A stretch of 64,000 bases of DNA, taken from positions 675 through 64,674 of the forward strand of contig JAYSTF010000113.1 of NCBI GenBank assembly GCA_043720065.1, written 5' to 3'. Numbering within the stretch: position 1 is the first letter of the stretch; every line of letters begins with the position of its first letter. The notes under the pieces are model-generated. The model was not told where the DNA came from. It saw only the letters and a program-made list of their open reading frames with translations, and ran no database searches. The stretch comes from Pseudobdellovibrionaceae bacterium. Lineage in GTDB: Bacteria > Bdellovibrionota > Bdellovibrionia > Bdellovibrionales > UBA1609. Below, one piece after another: positions 29,439 through 37,876 of this stretch. Position numbers and translations under genes: made by a program.

Positions 29439-29726
29439 TCACCAGTAGGTGGCGTCCACGGTGACGTCACCATTCACTTGCACTTGGCAACCCACGCGCG
29501 TGCCCTTTGGTAAACTCAATCGGTCTTGCACTATAAGTTCAATGGTTTCGGGTTTAGAGAGATTCTCTCGGCCCTTTACGATTTCTAATCGGCATTTCCC
29601 GCAGACCCCATCCCCATAGCAGGAACTAGCTACCGGGATGCCAACACCTAGGAGGCTTTGCATTAGATTCGCGCCGACGGGAACCTCGAGCGCGGGGTAG
29701 TCTTTTACGAATGAAATTGTTGGCAT
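29439..29726 (-). CDS. 2Fe-2S ferredoxin
   Basis: ORF track (95 aa). SSCYGDGVCGKCRLEI...GCQVQV Cys pattern. Its stop directly abuts the HiPIP stop. Confidence 0.8.
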   Translation of the reverse strand: MPTISFVKDYPALEVPVGANLMQSLLGVGIPVASSCYGDGVCGKCRLEIVKGRENLSKPETIELIVQDRLSLPKGTRVGCQVQVNGDVTVDATYW

Positions 29727-29800
29727 TTCCAGGAAAAGATACCCCTTTAAATCGACAAAGGCTACACTTTGAGACCCGTTTAAAGGAAGGACTGCTAGCC

Positions 29801-30739
29801 GTGAGCGCCACTGTGGAAAACGTAATTATTTTGGGTTCTGGTCCTGCGGGTCTTACGGCAGCTATCTACGCGGCTCGCGCCAATCTTAAGCCTCTAATGA
29901 TCGAGGGCGACGAGGCCGGCGGTCAGCTGATGACAACAACCGAAGTGGAAAACTATCCGGGTTTCCCCAAGGGAATTCAAGGTCCAGAATTAATGATGAT
30001 CACCCGTGAACAAGCGGAGCGGTTTGGGACGCGGTTCATCACTCGTAACGCGACAAAAGTAGATTTCTCCTCACGACCTTTTCGCATTTGGGTGGGGGAG
30101 AAAGAGTACCAAGCCAAGACCGTGATTATTTCAACCGGCGCCAGTGCAAAGTACTTGGGCTTGCCCAATGAACGTAAATATTTAGGCCGCGGAGTTTCTG
30201 CCTGCGCCACTTGCGATGGGGCTTTCTTTAAAAATCTTCAGGTTGCGGTCATCGGCGGTGGGGATACTGCGATGGAGGAAGCGAATTTTCTAACTCGCTT
30301 TGCTAGTAAAGTTTTTGTCGTTCATCGAAAAGATCATTTCCGCGCTTCGAAAATCATGGCGGATCGAGTGATGAAGAATCCTAAGATCGAAGTCTTGTGG
30401 AATTCAGAACTCGTCGACGTGACTGGCGATGAAGTTGTTAAATCGATTAAGGTGTTGAACAATCAAACAAATGAAATGCAAGACATGACGATGGATGGTG
30501 TGTTTATCGCCATCGGGCACAAGCCTAATACGGATTTGTTTAAGGGCCAGCTGCGCATGAATGAAGTAGGTTATCTTTTAACTGAGGGTAAGACCGCATA
30601 CACTTCAGTGCCAGGCATCTTTGCTTCCGGTGATGTGCAAGATCCAGTGTACCGGCAAGCGATCACGGCCGCTGGTACTGGTTGCATGGCTGCGATCGAT
30701 GCCGAACGCTGGCTTGAAGCCAACGAGGCCCATGGCTAA
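29801..30739 (+). CDS. trxB: Thioredoxin-disulfide reductase
   Basis: ORF track frame. GTG 29801 is preferred (AAGGAAGG 10 nt upstream; the longer ORF would overlap the ferredoxin gene). GSGPAGLTAAIYAARA, redox CATCDG, GGGDTAMEEA. Confidence 0.9.
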   Translation: MSATVENVIILGSGPAGLTAAIYAARANLKPLMIEGDEAGGQLMTTTEVENYPGFPKGIQGPELMMITREQAERFGTRFITRNATKVDFSSRPFRIWVGEKEYQAKTVIISTGASAKYLGLPNERKYLGRGVSACATCDGAFFKNLQVAVIGGGDTAMEEANFLTRFASKVFVVHRKDHFRASKIMADRVMKNPKIEVLWNSELVDVTGDEVVKSIKVLNNQTNEMQDMTMDGVFIAIGHKPNTDLFKGQLRMNEVGYLLTEGKTAYTSVPGIFASGDVQDPVYRQAITAAGTGCMAAIDAERWLEANEAHG

Positions 30740-31238
30740 AACACCCCGCCGCATGCATACAAAAGATCTTGTCGATAAAATCGAAAAGATCACTAAAGAG
30801 CGCATGGCAAGAGAGAAGGTCGTTAACATTCGCGACCTCCGTCAAATGCGGCCGCCGGAGCAGCCCCTTACTATATTGGTTATTGAGGATGACGAAACTA
30901 TTCGCGCGGCGCTGAAGCGCATCTTCGAAGGCGAAGGTTATAAGGTAATCGCGGCCGCGGACGGCACTCAGCTAAGCGCTGTTTTAGATGATAACCCGAT
31001 CGACCTAATTATATTAGATGTCGGCTTACCCTGGATTAACGGGTTTGAGCTTGCGACGTTAATGAAGTCCCACGCCGACCTAAAAAACATTCCATTAATT
31101 TTCGTTTCTGGGCGCACCTCAGAGGCAGACATAAAGCAGGGGTTTGAAGTTGGCGCGGACGACTTCATAAAAAAACCCTTCGACATAGAAAAGATCAAAA
31201 AGACCGTCCACACCCTCATGCAACTCGCGCATTCCTAG
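30732..31238 (+). CDS. Single-domain (CheY-like) response regulator with a ~40-aa basic N-terminal extension
   Basis: ATG 30732 overlaps the trxB stop (ATGGCTAA). ILVIEDDETIR...IILDVGLPWINGFE...IKKPF. Confidence 0.8.
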   Translation: MAKTPRRMHTKDLVDKIEKITKERMAREKVVNIRDLRQMRPPEQPLTILVIEDDETIRAALKRIFEGEGYKVIAAADGTQLSAVLDDNPIDLIILDVGLPWINGFELATLMKSHADLKNIPLIFVSGRTSEADIKQGFEVGADDFIKKPFDIEKIKKTVHTLMQLAHS

Positions 31239-31312
31239 AGGTACCACATGACATTCCTCAACTGTTTGCGTCGGCCGACGCAAACAGTTGAGGAATGTCA
31301 TGTGGTACCTCT
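31237..31312. repeat. Perfect 76-bp palindrome (38-bp arms, no spacer); probable strong bidirectional terminator or cruciform
   Basis: agaggtaccacatgacattcctcaactgtttgcgtcgg|ccgacgcaaacagttgaggaatgtcatgtggtacctct, checked base by base. It starts within the TAG stop of the response-regulator gene. Confidence 0.95.
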
Positions 31313-31511
31313 TGTTTGGCTACATTTCCGCAACCGTTTAAGGCGCGGTTTATCCTTCAAAACGCCCATATTGCAGCGTGTCGACGGCCCTTCGATCTCA
31401 ACGTAAAAGCGTCTCAGACTGAAACACATGGTCCAGTTTTTCTCGGAAAACCGCTCAAGCTTTGGTCGGGCGTCACCGAATAATACATCAGCACGTATGT
31501 TGGAGGTTCCA

Positions 31512-31775
31512 ATGAGAACTATTATATTCGGTATCCTATTGTCTTTATGCGCCATGTCCGTACCTTCGTATGGGGACGTTCAGATGGTCGCAAAAAACAT
31601 CCACACTGAAGACGGCGAAGAAACCGCCGTTGCGAACTACGACAAAAAAATCAATCAACTAGACCAAGCTTCTGATGAACTCAGCGCTTCCATCTTTTCA
31701 CGCAAGGACGGCGTAAAGAATGAAGGCCCAAGCAAAGACGGCATGGCCGTTTCACTCGTGAAGGTCCGCCGATAA
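31512..31775 (+). CDS. Small secreted hypothetical protein (87 aa)
   Basis: ATG 31512 lies 5 nt after GGAGG. MRTIIFGILLSLCAMSVPSYG is signal-like. Confidence 0.6.
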   Translation: MRTIIFGILLSLCAMSVPSYGDVQMVAKNIHTEDGEETAVANYDKKINQLDQASDELSASIFSRKDGVKNEGPSKDGMAVSLVKVRR

Positions 31776-31870
31776 GTAGCCACAGGTACTATTCGCCCGG
31801 TTGAGGACCTTCCCGTTGACAAAGCCTTCACTGAATTTACAGTAAGGCATGGGTACAATCAGGTTACTTC

Positions 31871-32833
31871 ATGGCGATGGTGCTCGAGACTAAATATACA
31901 TTTAAAGGCGGTTGGCGGGTATTTCTCTCCAGTCGATTTCTACGTATCCATCCGGCCTATTGGATTTTTCTCATTCTCTCGCTTGCCTTCTATCCCTGGT
32001 TTAGCGAATTGAATCCAGGGCCCCCATGCCTCACAACTTTGGTTCGAAACTGGGAGGGGCTTACGACATTATCGAAGGTCCGACTTGCCTTTACGAACGT
32101 CTTTATCTTTGGTCAAGAACTCGGTGTTTTTCTTGGCCTAGATCCTAGTAAACAATATCTATGGTATAGATACCTGGGTCTGCACTTCTACCATCCGGTC
32201 ATTCAAGCTTGGAGCCTTTCCCACGAGCTTATGTTCTACCTCTTAGCGCCCTTTTTTGCGGGGTTCAAAAAATTCACGGTCGCCTTGTTGGTGGTGTTGT
32301 TAGGGGCGCGCATGGCCGTAACTCATCTCGGCTATTCTTATGAACCCGTTATTTTTCGTACGTTTCCACTGCAGTTGCCTTTGTTTTTATTCGGGATGTG
32401 CGTTTATTGGTTGAGGAGCCACTTGATAATTCCGCGCCAGACCGTCCAACTGATTTCAATCGGGGCCCTTTTTCTTGCCGTCGTAACTTACGCTCAATGG
32501 GCGACGATTGAAGCGGGTGACTCTGCAGCGAAGATAGCTTTGATGGTTTTTACCGCTCTTTTGTTGCCGACATTAACAACTTTTTTTGCCCGCGTGCCAG
32601 TCGACGGTTTTTTGGGTCATCTTGCATACCCCGTGTATATTTCGCATGTTTGGTGCATCGGTGTAACAACTGCCCTGCTTACAGAGTCGGCGGATCGCGT
32701 CCTCTACACGTTGGCTCTTGTTCTATTGACTTCGTTAATCGTCTATTTTCTCGTGGATCGGCGAATTGATTCTTTCAGGGCCTCTCGGTTTGGTGCTCGC
32801 CCGCGGGTCGATTCACCTCGACAGTCGACATAA
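31871..32833 (+). CDS. Acyltransferase family 3 (OafA-like) membrane protein, apparently N-terminally truncated
   Basis: ORF track (320 aa). SRFLRIHPAYWIFLIL and multiple TM segments. The usual N-terminal region (LDGLRG..., TM1 His, FFxxSG) is absent, and only 95 bp lie upstream. Confidence 0.6.
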   Translation: MAMVLETKYTFKGGWRVFLSSRFLRIHPAYWIFLILSLAFYPWFSELNPGPPCLTTLVRNWEGLTTLSKVRLAFTNVFIFGQELGVFLGLDPSKQYLWYRYLGLHFYHPVIQAWSLSHELMFYLLAPFFAGFKKFTVALLVVLLGARMAVTHLGYSYEPVIFRTFPLQLPLFLFGMCVYWLRSHLIIPRQTVQLISIGALFLAVVTYAQWATIEAGDSAAKIALMVFTALLLPTLTTFFARVPVDGFLGHLAYPVYISHVWCIGVTTALLTESADRVLYTLALVLLTSLIVYFLVDRRIDSFRASRFGARPRVDSPRQST

Positions 32834-32878
32834 AATCAGTCCTTTTTCGGGGCATTTCTATTGCAATCTCCAGAAGGA

Positions 32879-34093
32879 ATGAACTCGATTTCTCCCTCTC
32901 GGCTATTGTATGGTTGGCTAGGGGCCTTTTTTGGGCTCCTGTTCTGCATTTCGACAGAGGCCGCTGAGCCAGGTCAGGCTTACTTCAATCACCTTCAAAC
33001 TGTAAAAACCAGGTACGGCATAAAACGGATTCAAGATTTGTTGCCATTCCTGCCATCAGAATTGCGCGCTAATTTTGTTCTCATGTTTAAAAGCCGGAGT
33101 TTACAAGAGGCCACTTATCTCGCCCCTAGAGTAATCCTCTATAGTCCTCAGTCTGATTTTATAATGACTTTCAATGGCGACAAATCGCAGGAAGGATTCG
33201 AATCAATCGAAACCGTGCGATTCATTCATTCAGAAAACCGTTTTATTTTCGAAGAAATTTTATTTGATGGGGACCTGAAAAGTCGAATGGAATTTCTTAG
33301 TCAAAAAGGGGAGACTCAGCGGGCAAACTATCTTTTGGATCGATCTACTAGAACAGGGCCAAATCCACCGGTCTGTCGGGCCTGCCACCAGAGCGATCCG
33401 CGACCCAACTGGGAGCACTATAGTTTTTGGCCCGGAGCTTACGGGCAATTCGATAATGCTCAGCTACTTAACGGTAGGACCGTACAAGATGATCCCGTAG
33501 ATGGGGCCGCTAAAACATATAACAATAGTGCAGCTGCCAAGTCCCTCCCTGAGTTTGTTGCATTGGCAGATCGGCATCCGCGCTATAAATCTCTGGTTAA
33601 CTTAAAGAGTATCTTAAAGCTTGGGAAGGACCAATCGGGACGATACGGCCGCTCAGAGAACTCGAATTTATTTACATTCACGGCACACGTCAGCGCCCTT
33701 AATTTCAAACGTATAGTGCGGATTATGAAGAGCCACAGAAACTATGATCAGCTGAAATGGACGGTCTTTTCTTATCAGAAGGCTATTTGTGGAGGCCCCG
33801 AATTTTCTGGCTATCAAGATTTCCTTGATTATCTAAGTTTAAGACTTAACGTTCGTCGAAATTTTTTATCTATGAATTTTATAGAAGGAAAGGGCAATGC
33901 ACTCACTACTCCGGGCCTTCACCTATCTGAATTACTTTATGTCCTGACCACTATGGATCCGCCCCTTCGCAAATATGTGACGAGCACCGGTAAACTCCTC
34001 AGTACCTATAATGGCGTGGAGCGCTCCATCCCGATTCAAGGGTTCACTTGTAACGAGTTAAACCTTAAATACCGTTCCGGCTCAGTAGAGTAG
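32879..34093 (+). CDS. Secreted hypothetical protein with a single CxxCH motif (possible c-type haem protein)
   Basis: ORF track frame. ATG 32879 (MNSISPSRLLYGWLGAFFGLLFCISTEA, signal-like). Motif PPVCRACHQSD. Confidence 0.65.
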   Translation: MNSISPSRLLYGWLGAFFGLLFCISTEAAEPGQAYFNHLQTVKTRYGIKRIQDLLPFLPSELRANFVLMFKSRSLQEATYLAPRVILYSPQSDFIMTFNGDKSQEGFESIETVRFIHSENRFIFEEILFDGDLKSRMEFLSQKGETQRANYLLDRSTRTGPNPPVCRACHQSDPRPNWEHYSFWPGAYGQFDNAQLLNGRTVQDDPVDGAAKTYNNSAAAKSLPEFVALADRHPRYKSLVNLKSILKLGKDQSGRYGRSENSNLFTFTAHVSALNFKRIVRIMKSHRNYDQLKWTVFSYQKAICGGPEFSGYQDFLDYLSLRLNVRRNFLSMNFIEGKGNALTTPGLHLSELLYVLTTMDPPLRKYVTSTGKLLSTYNGVERSIPIQGFTCNELNLKYRSGSVE

Positions 34094-34182
34094 TTCTAAA
34101 CGAACAGCTTTTTGGTAGACCCGAGGACTCCATAAGACGCCGATCCGAGCAGACCGAGTTGTCTCAGACGCTTCGTTTTCTT

Positions 34183-34271
34183 AACGCTTAGCTTCTCCGG
34201 CGTAGAGAAGCGACGCGTAACCAAATTCATAACGCGAAGCGACCCCGGCGCCGGGGTTGCACCGCGTAACC
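34183..34271 (+). repeat. REP-like GC-rich double-hairpin element, copy C
   Basis: aacgcttagcttctccggcgtagagaagcgacgcgtaaccaaattcataacgcgaagcgaccccggcgccggggttgcaccgcgtaaccaa. About 94% identical to 35055-35146, in the same orientation. Confidence 0.85.
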
Positions 34272-34309
34272 AAAATTATTTTTGTTTCGGACCTGCGCGG
34301 CGATAAAAC

Positions 34310-34957
34310 TTAGTTGAGCACAAATAGTTTTTCGACGACCCAACCCACCCCATAGAAAACATAGCCAAGCGGGCCGAGTTGTCTTTCGCGCTCAAGAGTC
34401 AGGCTGATTTTTGAAAGCGCAACTTGGTTTTTTAAAAGTTTCAAGCGACCTTCTAAAGAATCTATTTCTGTTTGAACGCGCTGAAGTTGGGTTTCAATTT
34501 CAAGGATGTCTTTTACCGCCGTCGCTTTGGCGATGAGTTGTTGTAAACGATCACGCATGGTTTTTGAGTTTTTCAACTGCGCCTCAAGATCTACACTTTG
34601 GCCAGTCACATCAACCGCAGAAACTTCGCGGTATTCTTCTTTTCCAAGACCAGCCATAGCTTCCAAAGCTTGATCTAGATTTGCCGAAGGCACTCGGATT
34701 TCGAAACGCGCTGTTTTTTCTTCCGACAAATTGGATTCTTCGACATATCCGCCAAGCTTAGTCGTGGTTTCTTGAATAGTTTGGTTGGCCACTTTGAGGT
34801 CTTTCACTTCCACTCGCTGGGTGGCGGCTTTGATGATTTCCCGTTGCGGCGAACCAGCCGCTGTAACAGCCATTTCAGCTGACCCGGAATCCATCATCAC
34901 TGTTTTTTGAGCGCAACTTACAAATGAGAACGCTAGAACACAGAGAAGAATCCGCAC
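34310..34957 (-). CDS. DUF4349-like lipoprotein
   Basis: GTG 34957 lies 6 nt after GGAGG. (V)RILLCVLAFSFVSC lipobox. The C-terminal pattern DLEAQLKNSKTMRDRLQQLIAKATAVKDILEIETQLQRVQTEIDSLEGRLKLLKNQVALSKISLTL plus a terminal TM is typical of DUF4349. The longer ORF-track version reads through the repeat element. Confidence 0.75.
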   Translation of the reverse strand: MRILLCVLAFSFVSCAQKTVMMDSGSAEMAVTAAGSPQREIIKAATQRVEVKDLKVANQTIQETTTKLGGYVEESNLSEEKTARFEIRVPSANLDQALEAMAGLGKEEYREVSAVDVTGQSVDLEAQLKNSKTMRDRLQQLIAKATAVKDILEIETQLQRVQTEIDSLEGRLKLLKNQVALSKISLTLERERQLGPLGYVFYGVGWVVEKLFVLN

Positions 34958-35054
34958 GTGAAACCTCCAAAATTTATTTAGAAGCGATGGTGCTTTGAAG
35001 CTTGCCAACTTGCAAGGCTCACCTCTGGACGATAGTCGCTGGGCACATTTTATC

Positions 35055-35146
35055 AACGCGCAGCTTCTCCGGCGCCGGAGAAGCGACGCGTAACCAAATT
35101 CGTAACGCGAAGCGACCCCGGCGCCGGGGTTGCACCGCGTAACCAA
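35055..35146 (+). repeat. REP-like GC-rich double-hairpin element, copy D
   Basis: It contains the perfect 20-nt palindrome cttctccggcgccggagaag and the 16-nt palindrome accccggcgccggggt. It matches copy C. Confidence 0.85.
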
Positions 35147-35148
35147 TA

Positions 35149-35228
35149 GCTAAACAACGTAATGAAGTGCTGAACAACGCAATTAAAGGCTGAACAACAT
35201 CACAAAATGCCGAACATCCAAAAGGGAG
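35149..35228. repeat. Four tandem 20-bp units with core GC(T/C)(G/A)AACA(A/T)C
   Basis: gctaaacaacgtaatgaagt / gctgaacaacgcaattaaag / gctgaacaacatcacaaaat / gccgaacatccaaaagggag, read directly. Confidence 0.8.
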
Positions 35229-35249
35229 CCAAGCACTCTTAGTGCTTGG
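35229..35249 (-). terminator. Hairpin at the end of the peptide-ABC operon; the stop codon sits in the loop
   Basis: The minus strand reads CCAAGCACTAAGAGTGCTTGG (9-bp stem) followed by CTCCCTTTTGG. The T-tract is weak. Confidence 0.45.
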
Positions 35250-36954
35250 GGATTCCCTTAGGGATCGCGCTGAGAAGTTTTTTTGTGTATTCGTGTTGGG
35301 GGTTTTCGTAGATGGATATGGCGTCGTTTTTCTCGACGACCTTACCATTGTACATCACGGCGATTTCGTCAGAGATGAATTTAACGACAGCCAAATCATG
35401 TGAGATGAATACGTACGTTAAATTAAATTCTTCTTGGAGATCCAACAACAAATTTAAGATCTGCGCCTGGATTGACACGTCCAAAGCGGAAACCGATTCA
35501 TCGCAAATAATAAACTCTGGCCTCACGGCCAAAGCGCGAGCGATACAAATGCGCTGGCGCTGACCGCCTGAGAATTCATGCGGGTAGCGATTAAGCATGA
35601 TGGGATCTAGTCCAACACGCTTCATTAGCGTTGCGGCCATGTCCAAACGTTCGCGTTTATTCGTCCCTAAATTATGAATGACCATGGGCTCAGTCAATGC
35701 AGCCCCGATCGTCATACGTGGATTTAAAGAAGCGTATGGGTCTTGGAAGATGATCTGCATCTTGCGACGCATGTTTCGCATGGCTTCTTTATCGAGTTTA
35801 GTAATGTCGGTGCCGTTATAGCTGATCACACCTTCGGTGGGCTCAATCAAACGCAATACGGTTCGCCCCAACGTCGTTTTGCCGCAACCAGACTCACCAA
35901 CAAGACCTAGAGTACGGCCACGTCGAACCTGCAAACTAACGTCGTCAACCGCCTTAACCCAATCCTTCACGCCACCAAGAAAACCCTTTTTGAGAGGGAA
36001 ATACTTCTTTAAATTCTTGATCTCCAAAACGACCGGATTCGCTTGTTCGCCCGAAGTGCGAGTTACCTTAGCCTTCGTCAAAGTCGACATATCAAATGGC
36101 CGCTCAACACCGTCAGCGGTCATAAAGTCACTAACAACTGGCAGGCGACGAGGGTTACGGTCCAGGTGAGGGCGGCAAGCCAACAAACCCTTAGTGTAAG
36201 GATGCTTCGGATTTGCGAACAACGCTTGAGACGTTTCGTTCTCTACGATGTCACCACGATACATAACGACTACTTCGTCGGCAATATCGGCAATCACGCC
36301 AAGATCGTGCGTGATAAATAAAATGCTCATCTTGTACTTTTTCTGGAGAGCAGCCAACAATTCTAGGATCTGCTTTTGAATAGTTACATCAAGAGCTGTC
36401 GTCGGCTCATCCGCGATCAATAATTCTGGTTCACACGCGATCGCCATTGCGATCATCACGCGCTGGCGCTGACCACCGCTCATCTCGTGCGGATAAGACC
36501 CAATGCGCTGCTTGGGATTAGGAATTCCCACCTGGGTGAGAAGGTCTTCGGCTTTTGCCATTGCGGCTTTTTTATCGAGCTTCTGGTGTAAAATAAGAGT
36601 TTCACAGATCTGGTCACCCACGGTGAAGACAGGATTCAAACTCGTCATGGGTTCTTGAAAAATCATTGAAATGCGATTGCCGCGCACTTGGCGCATCTGG
36701 CCCTCAGACAATTTCAAAAGATCCTGACCCTCAAGGAGGATTTTACCTGAAGTGATCTTGCCCGGAGGATTTGGAATCAAACGCATAATTGCCAAGGAGC
36801 TTACGCTTTTTCCAGAGCCAGATTCGCCGACGAGACCCACAGTTTTTCCGCGGGGAATAGAGAACGAAACGTTTTTTACGGCGTGGATCGTGCCTTCATC
36901 AGTCTTAAATTCCACTGAGAGGTTTTCGACTCTTAGGATTTTGTCATCAGCCAT
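35239..36954 (-). CDS. Opp/Dpp-type peptide ABC transporter, fused double ATPase (OppD-OppF-like)
   Basis: Start [16 protein letters not shown] (ATG 36954, GAGG upstream). Two Walker A motifs ([16 protein letters not shown]) and two signature motifs ([16 protein letters not shown]). Confidence 0.9.
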   Translation of the reverse strand: MADDKILRVENLSVEFKTDEGTIHAVKNVSFSIPRGKTVGLVGESGSGKSVSSLAIMRLIPNPPGKITSGKILLEGQDLLKLSEGQMRQVRGNRISMIFQEPMTSLNPVFTVGDQICETLILHQKLDKKAAMAKAEDLLTQVGIPNPKQRIGSYPHEMSGGQRQRVMIAMAIACEPELLIADEPTTALDVTIQKQILELLAALQKKYKMSILFITHDLGVIADIADEVVVMYRGDIVENETSQALFANPKHPYTKGLLACRPHLDRNPRRLPVVSDFMTADGVERPFDMSTLTKAKVTRTSGEQANPVVLEIKNLKKYFPLKKGFLGGVKDWVKAVDDVSLQVRRGRTLGLVGESGCGKTTLGRTVLRLIEPTEGVISYNGTDITKLDKEAMRNMRRKMQIIFQDPYASLNPRMTIGAALTEPMVIHNLGTNKRERLDMAATLMKRVGLDPIMLNRYPHEFSGGQRQRICIARALAVRPEFIICDESVSALDVSIQAQILNLLLDLQEEFNLTYVFISHDLAVVKFISDEIAVMYNGKVVEKNDAISIYENPQHEYTKKLLSAIPKGIPKH

Positions 36955-36964
36955 GGGCCAAGCC

Positions 36965-37876
36965 TCACTTGTTCTTAAGCTTAGGATCGAGGGCATCACG
37001 AAGCGCATCGTTGAAAAGAATCAAAGACAAAACTAGGAAGAACATAAATCCGGTAGCAGCTGCAAGGCCCCACCAAACACCGCGCGCCAGCTCAAGCTTC
37101 GCATCGCTAATCATCATTCCCCAAGAAGGAATGCCAGGTTCCACGCCAAGACCGAGGTAGCTTAAAATTACTTCGCTCATGATCGCGGTCACAACTCCAA
37201 GGCTGAAGTTGATTAATATCAAATGGGAAACGTTAGGCAAAATATGAACAAAAATTCGCCGGTAATGAGAGGCGCCCATGCTGACAGCACCTTGCACGTA
37301 CTCACGGTCACGGTGCTTCATAAACTCTGAGCGCATCACACGGCAATGGCTTACCCAGAAGGTTAATCCAATCACGAGGCAAAGGGTGGTGAGACCTGGC
37401 CCAAGGACCATCGAGAAAGCGATAACTAACAATATATAAGGAATGGTATCTACGGTCGTGTAAAACCAAACGATCAACTCATCGACCTTGCCGCCGAAAT
37501 AGCCCGCGAGAGCGCCAAGAATAGTCCCTATAATCATCGATAGGCCAGTGCCGGCAAATCCAACTGTAAGTGACGTCAATGTTCCGTGAGCGGCGCGAGC
37601 TAAAACATCGCGCCCGAAGATATCAGTACCCAACCAATGCTCGGGACCCGGAGGCAGGTAAGATTTCGAATTATCCACGACCGCAAAGTCTGTAAAAATC
37701 AAACCCAGCAGACAGAGCAAGCACATCACCAAATAAGCTAAGATAATAACAAACGAAACCACGGCTACGTTGTCGCGTGATAAGCGACGAAGGGCATCCC
37801 ACCATAATGAGTTGCGGAGGGCTCTTTTCGAGGCCGGCAGAGTGACGGCAGACATTGTAGATTCCTTCATGCCCAT
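36965..37876 (-). CDS. Opp/Dpp-type ABC permease (OppC/DppC-like)
   Basis: ORF track frame. The ATG overlaps the upstream stop (TGATG). Multi-TM, with a BPD_transp_1-like EAA region. Confidence 0.85.
   Translation of the reverse strand: MGMKESTMSAVTLPASKRALRNSLWWDALRRLSRDNVAVVSFVIILAYLVMCLLCLLGLIFTDFAVVDNSKSYLPPGPEHWLGTDIFGRDVLARAAHGTLTSLTVGFAGTGLSMIIGTILGALAGYFGGKVDELIVWFYTTVDTIPYILLVIAFSMVLGPGLTTLCLVIGLTFWVSHCRVMRSEFMKHRDREYVQGAVSMGASHYRRIFVHILPNVSHLILINFSLGVVTAIMSEVILSYLGLGVEPGIPSWGMMISDAKLELARGVWWGLAAATGFMFFLVLSLILFNDALRDALDPKLKNK

Noticed and set aside
34958-35146. N-terminal extension of ORF 34310..35146; similar long extensions occur in ORFs 25142..26902, 29711..30739, 30621..31238, 57550..57885 and 62609..63217
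   Set aside because: The extensions read through repeat elements or neighbouring genes. Internal starts with good SD sequences, directly followed by signal peptides or conserved N-termini, fit better.
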